Shown here piece after piece: positions 12,618 to 26,905 of a stretch of DNA of 64,000 bases (position 1 is the stretch's first letter; the number at the start of each line of letters is the position of its first letter). The position numbers were made by a program, and so were the translations under genes. The notes beneath the pieces were generated by a model that had not been told where the DNA came from, ran no database searches, and saw only the letters and a program-made list of their open reading frames with translations. This DNA is from Eledone cirrhosa (lineage: Eukaryota). The DNA lies in contig OZ024744.1 of assembly GCA_964016885.1 (NCBI GenBank), forward strand, positions 95,852,001 through 95,916,000, read 5' to 3'.

Positions 12618-13020
12618 AAATTTAGAAAAATAATTTGATACTGAATTTCATGTAGGTCCTAACCGTGTTCATAGCTTCCATGAATGTATCTCACAACTTA
12701 TTCATCTGTACCTAGTTACCTCAGCATTCAGGAATCTATTGAATGAAACATTCTGTTAACTGTTTTGGTACCATATTTCTAATGAAATACACTGCCTCTG
12801 TGTTTTAATTAATTTTGAAAAAACATATTTCTAATAAAATACACTCTGTGTTTTAATTAATTTTGAAAGCAACCAAACATTTGGAAGAATTTAATAAAAT
12901 AACAAATTTTTTTTTATTATTTAACTGATATTTAGAACATTACTTAACAAAAAATTAGAAAAAATAAAATTATGTCGGAAAGTTTTAATATACTAACCCT
13001 TTAACATTTAAACCGGCCAC

Positions 13021-15372
13021 TACTCCTGAAACGGTCATTAGTGTACTGCTGAGGAACCTTTAGGTGACTCTGATCATGCTATGATCATTGCCAATCTATC
13101 CCTCATGGGCAGTAACAAGAACCACAACCATCTCCAAACTGCTCACTTTGACTGGAATAAAGCAGACTGGAACTGTTACTGCACCGAGTTGCAACGGCCA
13201 AACTGGCTTGAGTTCTACGACTCTGGAGATGTCAACACTGTACTCCAGAACATCCTGAGCTCAATATGGACAGCATGTGCAGCATCCGTGCCATGTTAGC
13301 GGAAAAAATATCCCAAAAGTGCAATTTGGGAGACTGCAGCAGTCTGTCTTGCCAGAAAAGAACGGCGCAATGCTGAACGTGAGTACAAACTTCACAAATC
13401 AGACATTAATAGGAAGAGGCGAAATAGATTGTCCAACCACCTCAAACAGGTGACAAAAAAGGCAGTGCTTCAATTTGAGCAGCGCATAGCAACCAGCCCT
13501 GACAGTAAGGTGTTCTGGAAGTATGATCACTCAAAGCAGAGGCCTCACTCTCCAGTTGGTCCTCTTCGCAATCCCCACACAAGCCAGGTTACTGACGACC
13601 CCAAGAAATGCGCAGAGCTCATTGCTGAATGCTATGCAAGCATTTTCACTATTGAAGACCAGAGTGTACCATCTCCACCACCTATGACACCAGACTCTAT
13701 TACAACCATGGAATTTACACCTGCAATGCTGCGACGTCACCTAAAAAATAAACGCAACCATGCCTCTCCTGGTCTTGATGGTGTTACGTACCTGCTTCTT
13801 AAATGTGGTGGGTACTTCCTTCTGCACCAGTTATCACGCTTCTTCCAATTCTGTCTGAACAACAGTGCTACTCCAGAACAGTGGAAAACTGCTAGTGTCA
13901 TTCCTCTGTTCAAAAAGGGTGACCACACATCACCTGTGAACTATCGTCCAGTCAGTCTTACTAGTTGCATCGCCAAACTGATAGAATCCTGTGTCAGAGA
14001 AACACTTGGGAACTTCTGGAGCTCTCACAGTCTTATCCGGCCCTCACAATTTGGATTTATCCCCAACTCCAGCTGCTGTGATCAACTTATAGAGTTTCTT
14101 GAGGACATCACCCGGATCACTGATGGCGGCTCATGGGTGGATGTTGTTTACCTTGACTTTGCGAAAGCCTTCAATTCTGTGCCACACAAAATGCTTATGG
14201 CAAAACTCTGTGCAATGGGTGTGAAGGATGATCTTTTTAACTGGTTGAAGTCCTTTATTCTCAGTCGAAGAGAGGTAGTCACGATTCTGGGACAGAATTC
14301 CTCACCATATGAGATGTCATCTGGTGTACCACAGGGATCTGTTCTTGGCCCCCTTTTGTTTGTGGCATATATTAATGACATAGATGCCAACTTAAAGAAT
14401 GCCACGGTACTAAAGTACGCAGACGACATCAAGCTGTACCTTGAGATAAAAAGGACAGATCCTGAACACTATAGATCTTGCTTGCAGTCTGACCTGGACA
14501 CAATGCAACAATGGATCTCAGACTGGCAACTCAAGCTAGCTGTGGACAAGTGCACCACCATGCATTTTGGGAGTAAAAACCCAGCGTCCACATACTCCCT
14601 CCACAGCACTAATATCAAGAAGTCTTCTTGTGAACGTGACCTGGGCATTACGGTCAGCAGTGATTTGCGTTGGACGAGGCACGTCTCTAAAATTGTCAAG
14701 AGGGCCGAGGGTGTCTTAGCATCACTCAGCAAGAGCTTTGTCAGCCGCTCTCCAGATATCTATTTAAGGCTGTACATGGCTATGGTGCGACCACACTTAG
14801 AATTTGGATCACCAGTCTGGAACCCCTATCTTGCTCAGAACATTAACCGTCTGGAATCTGTTCAGAGACGTGCAACCAAGCGAATACCCTCCATCAGGCA
14901 TCTACCATACTCTGAGCGCCTTGCTTCCCTGGGCATGGATACATTGAAGCTCCGACGCCTGGCAACTGACTTGGTAAACACCCACAAAATTGTTAACCAT
15001 GTTGCCAACAACAACCCTGAATACCTTTTTGATTTCCATGTGTCTAACACACGTGGACATGCCCACAAAGTAAGAAAACAGCACAGTTCCCATGACTTTC
15101 GGAAACATGTTTTCACGCTCAGAGTTGCTGAAGCATGGAACAAACTACCTGCATCAGTTGTTAGCTGTCGAGACACTGCATCCTTTAAGGCCTCCATGCT
15201 TCCCGAGATCCGCCAACACTACAGCTAATGTTCCCCCTCCATACACATACACACATGTATGCCATGACACTATTCACTTCCTTGACATTTGTGTATTATT
15301 CTATGTACTATACATACACCTTTGACGAGTTGTAGTGCACCTGAGCACTTTACACAATAATTTCATTATTAT
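13021..15372 (+). mobile_element. 5'-truncated CR1-clade LINE with an open 599-aa RT region (13429-15228)
   Basis: SDH (APE end), NYRPVSLTS, YLDFAKAF, GVPQGSVLGPLLF, KYADD and C-terminal TRGH motifs; (ATT)n tail; inserted within a piggyBac-like MITE. Confidence 0.95.
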
Positions 15373-16029
15373 ATCTGGCCAGAATACTCTCACCCCTTTC
15401 TGTTCAAACTGGCCGTAACTGGCAACTCATACCAATGTTAAGGTATTGTTGTCAAAATCAATACTATCAAAATATCATAGATTTGATATTATGTGAGGTA
15501 ATTATGTGAGATAAAGCCTTTACCTTGAACATACAACAGTATATATAAAGTAATGAAAATGGTAAAGGGTTAATGAACATTTTAAAACATACAGTTTTTG
15601 TATCATAAAAAACCCCAACAACCTTAGGGTGGTTTCAGGCAGGTTAGTTTAAAAAAAGGGTTAAAGTTTTAATCCAGACAACAAATGCAGAGTAGAGTAA
15701 TGTGTTGTTAGGTAAGCAACAATTTTTGCAGCTGTTTCATTTGATATATGGCTTGTCTTGACATAAACTCAAACAGTATCTTATCGATGTTAACCCTAAC
15801 ATTAACATCAACATTGTTCTGTCATCTACATTCAACACATAATTAAATAAGTATATTTATATTTATTTAAAACAAAAGAAACACAAAAATAGTCATTTAA
15901 AAAAATGCTCAATGACATGGTGGCTCCCCTATGACATCCATCAAGATGTGTGTCTGTCTGTCTGTCTGTATGTATGTATGTATGTATGTATGTATGTATG
16001 TATGTATGTATGTATATAATGTATAAAAT

Positions 16030-18045
16030 CCTGTGAAAGTAGCTCTCGCAGAACTTCCAACGCTTGTGGAGGTTGCAGTAGCTATCTCAAAGCTGAACAG
16101 TGGAAGGTCTCCAAGTATGGATGGCATACATGCTGAGCTCTTACAATATGATGGTTAGAGACTTCTGCAACATCTTCACTCTTTGTTTGGCAGGATATGG
16201 GCTAATGAATCCGTACCTGAGGACTGGAGAGATGCAGTAATGGTGGTCTTGTACAAGGGAAAGAGTAACAGGAATGATTGTGGGAACTACAGCGGTATAT
16301 CATTGCTTTCTGTCGTAGGGAAAGGTTTATGTAGGGTGCTTCTGGACCGTCTGCTGACACACATTGCAGATTGTGTTCTTCCTGAAAGTCTATCTGGTTT
16401 TCGTGCTGGACACGGCACTACTGATATGATCTTCTCAGCTAGACAGCTCCAGGAGAAGTGCATGGAACAAGGTTTGGATCTGTATCAGGTTTTTGTCGAT
16501 CTGACAAAAGCTTTCGATACTGTCAACGGAGATGCATTATGGAAGGTTCTCCAGAAACTTGGTTGCCCTGATAAGTTCCTTGCTTTAGTTAGGTCTTTCC
16601 ATGACGACATGAAGGCTTGGGTTAATGTCGGAGGTAACATGTCGGAGCCTATCTCAGTAAAAAATGGAGTGAAACAGGGGGATATTCCAGCACCGACCCT
16701 GTTTGCCATATACCTTGCAATGGTTTTCTGTATTGCATTCAGGAATTGTGAGCATGGTGTTTACATCCGATATCGAACCTCAGGCAGCATATTTAACATC
16801 AGGCGCTTTGCTGCAAAAACAAAAGTATTTACATCAATCATAAGCGACCTCTTGTATGCAGATGATTGCGATCTTGTAGCGCACAAAGAGAGTGATATGC
16901 AGCACATTTTGAATACATTTTCTGATGCTTGCACTGCCCTAGGATTGATTGTCAGTCTCAAGAAAACCGTCGTCATGTACCAACCTGCCCCTGGTAGGCA
17001 GTACATTGAACCAAATATCTATGTGTATGGTAAATGACTTGGAATGGTTGATCAGTTTGTCTACCTGGGAAGCACTGTCAATTGGTACAGCACCCTTGAT
17101 AATGAAATCCCACTAAGGATTAGGAAAGCAAGTGATGCTTTCAGAAAGCTATAAAGGCAACTCTGGAGTCGGCGAGACATATGCAAGTAGACAAAGGTAA
17201 AGGTGTTCAAGGCATGTGTACTCTCTTCTCTTCTTTATGCCTGCGAGACCTGGGTCACATATCAACACCACCTTAAACAATTGGAGTGTTTCCATCAGAT
17301 GTGTCTCAGACAGATCCATGGCGTTCACTGGAGGGACGACATCAGTGAGGTCGAGATTTTGGAAAGCTCTCTGTGTGACAGTATAGCTCTTGTGCTTAAG
17401 CAACGACTCCGTTGGAGTGGTCACCTTGCCAGGATAAAGGATTCTAGAATACCGAAGCAACTCTTTTATGGAGAGTTAGTTAAAGGCAAACGGCCTCCAC
17501 ATAAACCAAAAAAGAGGTATAAGGATTCCTTGAAAGTCTCTTTGAAAGACGTTAACATCTCTGCTGATACATGGGAAAATGTTGCTGCTGATCGTAATAA
17601 ATGGAGAAAGACTGTGTATGAGGGAAAAGTTGCCTTTGAGGCATCTCGAATAAAGTAAGACCAGTGGTTGACTACCAGGCTGCTGTTAGAGATGCTACTC
17701 ATCATGCTTGCCAAACATGTGGTAGAGAATGTAAATCAGCGGGAGTGCTCAAGCGACATGCAAAAGTACATGAACTCCAACCACAGCCGGCTATTCCCAG
17801 TGAATGTTTTGGTTGCCAACTCTGTGCAAGACATTTTAGATCATTGGCTGGGCTAAAAAGCCACATTCGATCGCAGCGCTGTTAATTGGTATCGTGTGTG
17901 TGTGTGTGTGTATATGTATATATATGTGTGTATATTATTGTTGCTGTTGTTGTCGTTATTATTACTGTTATTATTATTATTATTATTATGGGGGTTTTTT
18001 TCCTCGTGCAATGGCCATACTCGATAATGAGGGGGCAACCATCAT
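16030..18045 (+). mobile_element. Degenerate RTE/BovB-like LINE with C-terminal C2H2 zinc fingers
   Basis: FVDLTKAFD, GVKQG, LLYADD, LLYACETW and RLRWSGH motifs, then CQTC...H and CQLC...HIRS. Several stops. Confidence 0.92.
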
Positions 18046-18689
18046 GTATGTATGTGTGCATGTATTTATATATGTATGTATGTATATATGCACGGAGATG
18101 TGGAAATACTCGGTTTGGTGCCCGTGTGTGCAGTTAGCTTACTGGGAGTGAAAGACCACTGGTTCATGTTAAGACATTATACTAGAATGAAAACCCTGAT
18201 GTAAAACCTGTGACTCAGTGGCAACCAATGATATTGACCTGTTCCTCTTTTTGGATACCTGTGACTGTTGTACAGAGAGTTGGATTGGTCCAGTACAAGG
18301 ACTTTCTTTGCTTAAAAAAGTATTCAAGCACAGGCATCATTTGGTCTAAACGACTTTCACTTGTGTTGTGTGAGCATGGCCTTTTCTTTTTACTTTCTCT
18401 GTGTCATATGCAGAAAGGAATCTCAGTCTTTGACAGAGCTAAGAAGTCATGTTTGCGCCACCCATGTATGGGAGGAGGATCAAATGATGGCAATTCTCGA
18501 AATTGAGATGCAGCCATTGTGTGTGTGTGTGTGTGTTTCTCTTATTTTCGAGTACATTTTTGACTGGCCACCTTCCTGGTGGCAAGGGTGTAAAAGGAAA
18601 GAAATTGTCATCCCTTGAATGGCAAGAATGTTTGGCAAATTTTGAAGATGCCAGCTATTGCAGTCATTTGTAGTCTATGAATTAGGAAG

Positions 18690-20862
18690 CTGTGTTCTTT
18701 ATTAGTTCAGTTCAGTTATACTTTGGTCCAAGCAGGCTGGTTTATAATCTGTAGCTCCAATAATGATGGGTATGAAGCTGAAGGTGTATCTTAGATACTG
18801 GATCTGCAAACTCCTCATCAATGGTCCGTAGATGTCCTCCTTCTCTTGTATTTTTCTTACAACGTTGACATCAAGTGGGCAGCTGATCTCTACAACAGCA
18901 CGTTTTCAATGTGTGGTCCTAAACAACAATATCAGGCCAGTTGTGCTTTAATTTAGTGGCAGTTTTTATTTTCAGGTTCCACCAGTATTCCTTAGTGCCA
19001 TCTATTTCAAGATATTCCTTATCATTTGTTTTTAATTTTATTTTCCTAAGTGCACTCCAGATGGTTCTAGTTATCACATCGTGTCTCATAGGGAGGTAGT
19101 AGCGAGACAACATTCTTTCACAGTTGGCAAAAATGTGGCTAACATCTTCGATCTTTGTTTTACATAGCCTACATTTGTTGTCGACTGATGGCCCTCCTCT
19201 TTTGTATAGCAGATATTTGGTAGGGATTTCTTGTCCCTGTATTGCATAGAGATATCCTTCAAGGTATGATGTCATAAACTTGTCGGAACTCCATGCCAGG
19301 TTTTTGGGATGATTTATTCCCTCTGTGGTTTGTGTTTTTTGTCTCAGGTACCCATGCACAACTTTTTCTGTAAATTGATCCGTTTTTTATCCTGTTCGAA
19401 CATTGAATAGGATCTTCCAATTTCCCTGGGAGAGAGATCTATATCAGGCCTTATTCCATATCTCTCCTCCAGATCACTGGCTATCCTAATGATATTATTT
19501 CCTTCATGTTCAAAGACCTGGGCAAGATGGTTGCTGACCTTTTTCTTCTGCTGAAGATGTTGCTTCAGTGTTACTATTCGGGTCTCATATGATGTTAATA
19601 TGGATTTTAGACCCCGGCCACCTTCCTTGCGTGAGAAGTATAGCCTATCCACATCATCATTGATGTTAAAGTTTCCAGTAACACTGAGAGCTTGCGAGTT
19701 CTTACATCCATCTCACTTAGTTCTTGCAATGACCAGTTCAGCAGGCCAAATGTTGGCGTTAGGATTGGTACAGCATAAGTATTGTGGGCAATGTATTTGT
19801 TGTACGCTGATAGTTCTGATGACCATATTTTCTTTACTCTCCTGAGGTATTCAGTTCTGGTTCTCTCCTTATTTATTAGTCCATCATATCCGACATTCTC
19901 ATGCTGTCCAACATATCTGTAGTTGTCACCTGACTGTAGAGGTTGTATTGTCAAGCTGTTTATCTATAGATTTCCAGAGGAGGGCACAACCCTTTCACGT
20001 TTTAGTGTCAAATATGTACATTTGGACTCACCAAATTTTATTCTGATGTCTGCAGAAAATTGTGTAATGAGGTCCAATTGTATTTTAATATAGTTGATAT
20101 TTGACCCATACGACTTCAGGTCATCAACAAAGGAAAGATGGGATATACTTCTGGACCCACTTCCATGACCACTTTGTTTTGTGAGCAGGTATGATAGTGG
20201 GTTAGGGAGAGGACAAAGAGCAGCACTGATAAGCTATCAACCTGAAAGATCCTTTCTGGTAGTGTATTGTATCAGTCTCAATTTGCTTGTTCTCACCCCT
20301 AAGGATCAAATTGGTGTACCAGTTCTTGGTCAGATGTTCAACAGCAGCTACTAGTGGTTGTGGGACTTTGGCTAACTGTAAAGCCTTAATAATCCACCCA
20401 TGAGGTACACTATCAAAGCTTTCTGATAGTCCAGCCACACCACAGTCATATTCCTGTGATTCTTTGCTGTTTTTTCCTGTATCATTTTATTTGTTAGTAG
20501 GTGATCTATGCAGCCCCACACCTCCTTCTTTCCACCAGCTTGCTCAGGTGTTGTGATGTTGTTGGTGGCACAATGATCCTGTAAGAACAGATTAAGACAC
20601 CCAGTGTATAATTTATACATGATGTTCTGGTAGGCTATTGGGTGGTAATTTTTAGCAAGGGTGGTCTGGCTATTTTTTGGGATGAGGAGAGTAGAGGCAG
20701 TTGATAACCATTGTGGCAGTTCTTGTGTACCTTTGATGGTTTCTCTGAACAGCCGTATGAGATATTGCTGATAGAAGCTGAAATTCTTCAGCCAGTATTC
20801 TGTTATGAGGACTGGGCCTGGTGATTTCCTATTCAAATTTTTCTGCAGAACAGTTTCCAGTA
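18690..20862 (-). mobile_element. Degenerate R4/Dong-like non-LTR retrotransposon (RT, CCHC, restriction-like endonuclease)
   Basis: KSPGP, NYHPIA, WLDYQKA, RLY.SRKEGGRGL, CRLC...HIFANC, RHD and PD motifs across frameshifted ORFs. Confidence 0.88.
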
Positions 20863-20864
20863 TT

Positions 20865-21066
20865 AAATAATAATAATAATGAAAATATTGCGTACAGTGC
20901 TCAGGTGCACTACAACTCATCAAAGGTTCATGTATAGTACATAGAATAATGTACAAATGTCAGGAAAGTGAACAGTGCATGAGTCATGATATACACATGT
21001 GTGTATGTGTATGGAAGGGGGACATCAGGTGTAGTTTTGGTGAATTTCAGGAAGTTTGTTCCATGT
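20865..21066 (-). mobile_element. CR1 3'-end fragment
   Basis: Reverse complement of the 15200-15372 region with a (TAA)n tail. Confidence 0.85.
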
Positions 21067-21347
21067 CATATTGTCATGCATGCATGTATGTATGTAGGAG
21101 AAGGCAACTCAGGAAACTGGGATAACTCCGATATAAAACCTGCAGCTCAGTAGTTACCGTTGATGTTGATCTTTTCTTCTTTTTGGATTATAGCTACTGT
21201 TGCTCAGAGAGTGGGATTGGCTCAGTGCACAGTCTTTCCTCACTTTAAAAAATATCTTTATGCACAGGCATTGCACAATGGTCATACTCGATAACGAGGG
21301 AGCAGTCATCATGCATGCATGCATGTATGCATGTATGTATGTATGTA

Positions 21348-21391
<44 letters not shown>

Positions 21392-21455
21392 TGTGTGTGT
21401 GTGTGTACATGCATGCAGGTGCACTCACACAAACACACACGTATATATGTATATA

Positions 21456-23029
21456 CCGTATATACTCGCGTATAGGTCGCCCCGGCAGATAAGTCGCACA
21501 CCCACTTTTCATTTAACAAATAGGCTATTTGCCATTGACTCGCAGATAGGTCGCACTGAAATTTAGGCCGTCAAACTACTATTTTTAATGATAATTGAAA
21601 CTAATAATCTGTTAGTTTTCCATTACTTCGCCGTTGCAATATACACTCCAAACCATGTTTTATTTATAAAATAAAGATTAACGTCATCAAAATTTCGTCA
21701 ATTCGAGATTACTGCGAGATAAAGCCTTTAAGCGCGAAAATTAACTCTTAATATAGTGAAACAACTTGAAATAACACCTGTTTTTTAACGTTGAAAGTAT
21801 AACAGATGTTTAGTGTATCAACATGGCTTCCCAAAGTAGCGAATACCGACTTTGAAGGTTTTACATGCGACGACATTCGAAATGAAAAAGAAACACAAGA
21901 TAATATTAGTGATTTATCTTCAAATGAATCAGACGTATTTATTTCTGACGATGATAGTTACTTTGAAAGTGAAAGCGAAGATCTGACGGACACCATTGAA
22001 TATATTACAGCAACGTGGTTGAAAGATACAACACCAATACATGTTCACACCTGTTTCCAAATTCTTCTGCATAACCAACCACCTTTAACTTGAAAACAGT
22101 TTGAGGCGATATCCAATTTTAGCGGCCTAAATGCCGCTTACGTGCTGTAGTTGCTGCTTACTTCAATGTATGAGGCTATTCCAACAAATTTACATTCCCA
22201 GAACGAGGAAACTGTGGGGATATGTCGCCGGCCAACAAATGGTTTGTACAGGTAAGAGAAGAAGGGAGCACCCCCCTCTCTCTGTGCTCCCTGGCAGAAA
22301 GGTCGCAGACTTTCTACGGGGGTGTGTGTGACCCCAAAAGGCTAATAAATCGCAAAAAAACAAACAAACAAAAACGTGGCAAATAAAGAAATCTATGCCC
22401 CAGTGACAAATAAATCGCAAAAAAAAAAACAATAAATAAATCTATATTTCTTTTAACGGCTAAAAAAAGGGGGAATGTAAATTTGTTGGAATAGCCTCAT
22501 ACATTGAAGTAAGCAGCAACTACAGCAAGTAAGCGGCATTTAGGCCGCTAAAATTGGATATCGCCCAGTTTGATAACTTTTTCTCTTACCGGAATTCATA
22601 TTTTTCAGTGAATTATAAAAGAAATTTCAACTATCAACTTTTCTCACTTGCTAATTTTGAAAAGAAACGCCACGTGCAATAATCTGTTTCCGTGTTCATA
22701 GCAACGCTAAGACAATGAAATCACATTTTAAATACCGGGTATGCATTTCTATGGATTTTAATGACGGTCAGATAGAAAAAAACGTAAACACTACAAAGTT
22801 TTAATAAAAAATTTAAAATCAAGAAATATATGTATAAGAAGGTAGATATATGAAATTATTATGTTAAATAATAAAAAAATATTAACAAAGTTATTTTTAT
22901 AAATACCCATCGTTGATTAAGTCTATGAAAAATCATTGGTCAGTCTGATGTCGATCGGATAGGTCGCACTCCAAAAATTTATACATATTTATCGTTAAAA
23001 AAGTGCGACCTATACGCGAGTATATACGG
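21456..23029. mobile_element. Non-autonomous Tc2/pogo-like DNA transposon
   Basis: TA|CCGTATATACTCGCGTATAGGTCGC...GCGACCTATACGCGAGTATATACGG|TA perfect 25-bp TIR; subterminal ataggtcgcac repeats; no transposase. Confidence 0.88.
22105..22565. mobile_element. MITE with 95-bp TIRs and 8-bp TSD (Merlin-like)
   Basis: TIRs 22105-22199 and 22471-22565 begin GGCGAT. CAGTTTGA is duplicated at 22097-22104 and 22566-22573. Confidence 0.88.
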
Positions 23030-23039
23030 TATATATACA

Positions 23040-24304
23040 CAGGGTGCGGACGATATTTGTTCGCAACTTTCAACTGCTAGTTTTATGCAAATTTTTTTTA
23101 CTTCCATTGTCACTCTTATCTTCATAAAAAGAGTGACTATATTTCCATTATTTATTTTCAGAATAATTGATTATGAATAATTTTGAACCTCCAAATTTGT
23201 GGAAGAGACACGGAGTTCTTCTTGGAATCCGCGCCGGGAGGACAAATAAGGAAATTTCAGACTTTCTCAGCGTCAGGAGGAGAATGGTGGAAAAGGTCAG
23301 AAAGGAATTGGAAGATTCAGGATTTGACTACGAAGCAACATCAGAGAGGAAAACACATGATCGATGATCTGACGCCTTCAGAACGCCCGAGTTCGTCGCT
23401 GAAGTTCAGGATATCATCAACAATGAACCTAGCAAGTCGATGCATGTCATTGCAAGGGAGAAAGGCGTGGTTGAAAAGCTCATTAGGCTGGTGGTACATG
23501 AAGACATTCGCTACGTTTCATACAAGATGAGGAAAGGACAATTTCTGTCAAAGGCGATGCAAGAAAAGCAACTGAAGCACACAAAGAAGCTGATTAACAA
23601 GTTGAAACACCCACTGGAGTCAGACATGCTGCGGTTTTTCTCCGACGAGAAGATCAACTCCCAGAACAACAGGTGGCTTGCTGTCTCATCCAAAGCCATG
23701 CCCAGAGTAATGCAGACAAAGTTTCCATTGGTCTTAGGTGTCGTCAGCAGTCAAAGTGACATCATGCCACCTCACTTCTTCCCTGAGGCCCTCAAGCTGA
23801 ACACCGATGGCTACATCCGCATTCTGAGCGAGGTAGTAAAGCCCTGGATCGACCAGGTAGCTGCAGGTAGGCCGTACGTGTGGCAGCAAGACTCAGCGCC
23901 CTGCCATACCAGCCGAAAGACCCAAGCTTGGCTGTCAGAGAACTTCATCGACCACACTTCACCTGAAATCTGGCCTGCCAGCTCGCCTGACTGCAACCCC
24001 CTCGACTTCTTTGTGTGGGGTGCAGTGGAACAAGACACCAACAGATCTATCTCCAATACGAAAGATGATATGAAGGCCAGGATCATAAGTGCCTTTAGGG
24101 GCCTAAGTCAGGGGACAGTGACGAAGGCCTGTAGCCGGTTCTGAGGCCGTCAGCAAAGCCAATGGTGGGTTTATCGAGTGAGATCGAAAGAACAAGTCAT
24201 GAAGACAAACTGACCCAAGTTTGATAAATAAATCTTAAAAAATAAAACTACTGTGTTATTTTTCCTAGTCAGTAATCTTGCGAACAAATATCGTCCGTAC
24301 CCTG
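23040..24304 (+). mobile_element. Near full-length Tc1/mariner DD37D (maT) transposon with a pseudogenised transposase (23173-24144)
   Basis: TIR CAGGGTGCGGACGATATTTGTTCGCAA. FFSDEK, WQQDSAPCH and SPDCNPLD motifs, with 37 residues between D2 and D3. In-frame TGA at 23365-23367. Confidence 0.93.
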
Positions 24305-24583
24305 TATATATATATATATATACATGCATGTATATATGTATATGTGTATGTTGTAGTTCCACAACAGTTAGTTCACCATACCGAGAACAAATGTGTATGT
24401 ACACATATATGTATGTATATGTGTATGTGTGTATGCATGCATGCATGTATGTATGTATATGCGTGCATGTACATACATACATGTATTTATATATCTATGA
24501 AAAAATAAATATTTTTGTTCTTTGTTTTTGTTTTTCTTTCTACTAATTTAGTTGTTTTATTTCTAATTCCAGATAGACTGACA

Positions 24584-24737
24584 ATGGCTGAGTTGGATCC
24601 TAAAATATTGAAGCAGGTGTCATACTTTGCTCAAGGTCTACATGCTCCACTGCCTACATTTGAAATAATTATTTATATTGTCACAATGGTAACAACTGTT
24701 GGTTCTATGTGTATAGCTGTTCTGCTGGCCTCACTTG
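24584..24737 (+). CDS. HHAT: Hedgehog acyltransferase-family (MBOAT) gene, first coding exon: MAELDPKILKQVSYFAQGLHAPLPTFEIIIYIVTMVTTVGSMCIAVLLASL
   Basis: Pyrimidine-rich acceptor ttctaattccag ends at 24572, ATG at 24584, phase-1 donor G|gtaatt at 24738. LP..E...Y followed by a TM helix resembles the HHAT (MLPRWELALY) and HHATL (LPAAELGLY) N-terminus. HHAT vs HHATL cannot be resolved by eye. Confidence 0.8.
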
Positions 24738-25592
24738 GTAATTCAAACAAATTTCATTGAAAATCATCACCATTATCATCATCATCATCATCATTTTTAG
24801 GCTTGCCTTTCCATGCTTACATGGGTTGGACTGGTTCTTCTCAGCAGGACACCTCACCACCCATCATGTTCCTGTTATCTCTTCTAGAGTTTCAATGATT
24901 TGAGGTTAGAACTCAAAATCTCTGACCAGGTTTTTTTTTGGTCTACCTCTACTGCAACTTCTTTCCACTGACATTTCCTGGCACTTCTCCACCCAATGAT
25001 TATTATCCATGTGCATCACATATCCAAACCAACACAGCCTTCTTTCCTGTACACTACCTTGAATTTCTCAACTCGATTCCTGGACTGGGTTGTGTGTTGT
25101 GTTCTTCACTGGCAATTCAACAGTTGACTCTCCATTGATTAAGTATTTAACCTATCTAGATTGAAACTAATTTATGATAGTCACTAAAGATAGAAAGTAT
25201 AGTGATGGTCTGTGTGGTTTGGCATTGACTGGATTGGAATTGGAAATATAAAATATAAACAAAGTATGTATGTTAGCATGGGTAGGACAGGCTGTCCTTT
25301 TGTGAGATATCAGATTGGAGGGCAGTGTTTCACTCACACAGAACTGATTTTGGCTTGGTCCCTAGGGCTGAATGCCCTTCCTAATGCGAACCATATTTAC
25401 ATAGTGTATATATATCTATCTATCTATCTATCTATCTATCTAAGGCGGGTAAAATTCCCGAGATCTATGGACGAGTTCTCTCCAGCGGTCTCTGTCCTTC
25501 ATTATCGCTGCCATGTCCTGCATCTCCAACAGACCAGTGTCTGTCCTTATGGCATCAACATACGTTAACCTTGGTCTTCCTCTATATATATA

Positions 25593-26463
25593 TGGTGTGT
25601 CAGAAAAGTTCCAGGACTGATATCACAAAAGATTATTTTTCAAACCCAAACTTCACACTAAGAGTTTTCTCCTTCAAAGTAATCCCCCTGGAGTCTAATG
25701 CACTTTTCCATCCTTTTCTGCCACGCTTGCATGCACTCCTGGAAGGATTCTTCCGGGATCCTCCGCAGTTCCGTCAACACGGCCTTTTTGATGTCGTCCA
25801 TATCTTCAAAACGGGTCCCATCCGGGTCGCACTCAAAGATCCATGACTCATCACCGGTGATGACTGTCCCTAGCAAGTCTGGTTTGGTTTCAAGACACTC
25901 GAGGATGTCCTGGCACACTTGCATGCGTCGACCCTTCTGGTCATCGTTCAGCAGTTTTGGCACCATCTTCGCACAGACTTTCCGCATGTGAAAATCTTCC
26001 AGACGCTGTGCCGATTCATGCCCAACTCATTTGCCATCAGTCGAACAGTCAGCCGACGATCACTACGCACCATCTGCCTGATGCGCTCAACGTTGACCTC
26101 AGTCCTGGTCGTTGAGGACCTTTCGCTCCTGGGGTCATCTTGCACCACTGAAAAACACGTGAGCGTGACATCGTCTCATCTCCATTCACTTGCTGCAGCA
26201 ATCCCAGTGCTTCTGATGGAGTTTTCCCCAACTGTACCAGAAACTTCAAGTTTGTTCGTTGCCCTGTGCTCATTGCTTGACGACCTGAAACAGAGGACAT
26301 GTATATAAAATTATGAAGAAAAAAGTTTGATCGCTGCAGAGAACTAGTATTAGAGTTACATACTCCAGGGGGATTACTTTGAAGGAGAAAACTCTTAGTA
26401 TGAAGTTTGGGTTTGAAATAAATCTTTTGTGGCATCAGTCCTGGAACTTTTCTGACACACCTC

Positions 26464-26464
<1 letters not shown>
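25593..26464 (-). mobile_element. Internally deleted mariner (irritans/Himar1-like) with ~105-bp inverted ends
   Basis: KVCAKMVPKLL and ITGDESW are fused directly to the C-terminal GDYFE, so the catalytic core is missing. TIR CGAGGTGTGTCAGAAAAGTTCC; inserted in (TA)n. Confidence 0.9.
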
Positions 26465-26513
<49 letters not shown>

Positions 26514-26552
26514 GATATTAATAAATGGAAACTATATTTATAAAACCATATT

Positions 26553-26617
26553 TATTTCATTATACATATTTCAGGGATACCAAATTAAATTATGGTATGC
26601 CTTCATCAGACAAAATA
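26553..26617 (-). ncRNA. Minimal type-I hammerhead ribozyme
   Basis: UAUUUUGU-CUGAUGA-AGGcAUACCA(loop)UGGUAUcCCU-GAAA-UAUGUA-UA-AUGAAAUA. Confidence 0.75.
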
Positions 26618-26763
26618 CAATATATAACAGTTTTACAAATAAGCTTTGACGTACCCTATTAAAATGCAACCATTGTTTTTGGAAGCCAAATACTTGTCGA
26701 GTGCTTTATATCAGTTATAAAAATATTTACTTGTTGTATCCCAACAATTTTAAATAGAACTTT

Positions 26764-26904
<141 letters not shown>

Positions 26905-26905
26905 C

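Noticed and set aside
21806-22093. Acidic 95-aa ORF as a host gene
   Set aside because: It lies within a non-autonomous transposon; at most a transposase N-terminal remnant, with no catalytic motifs.
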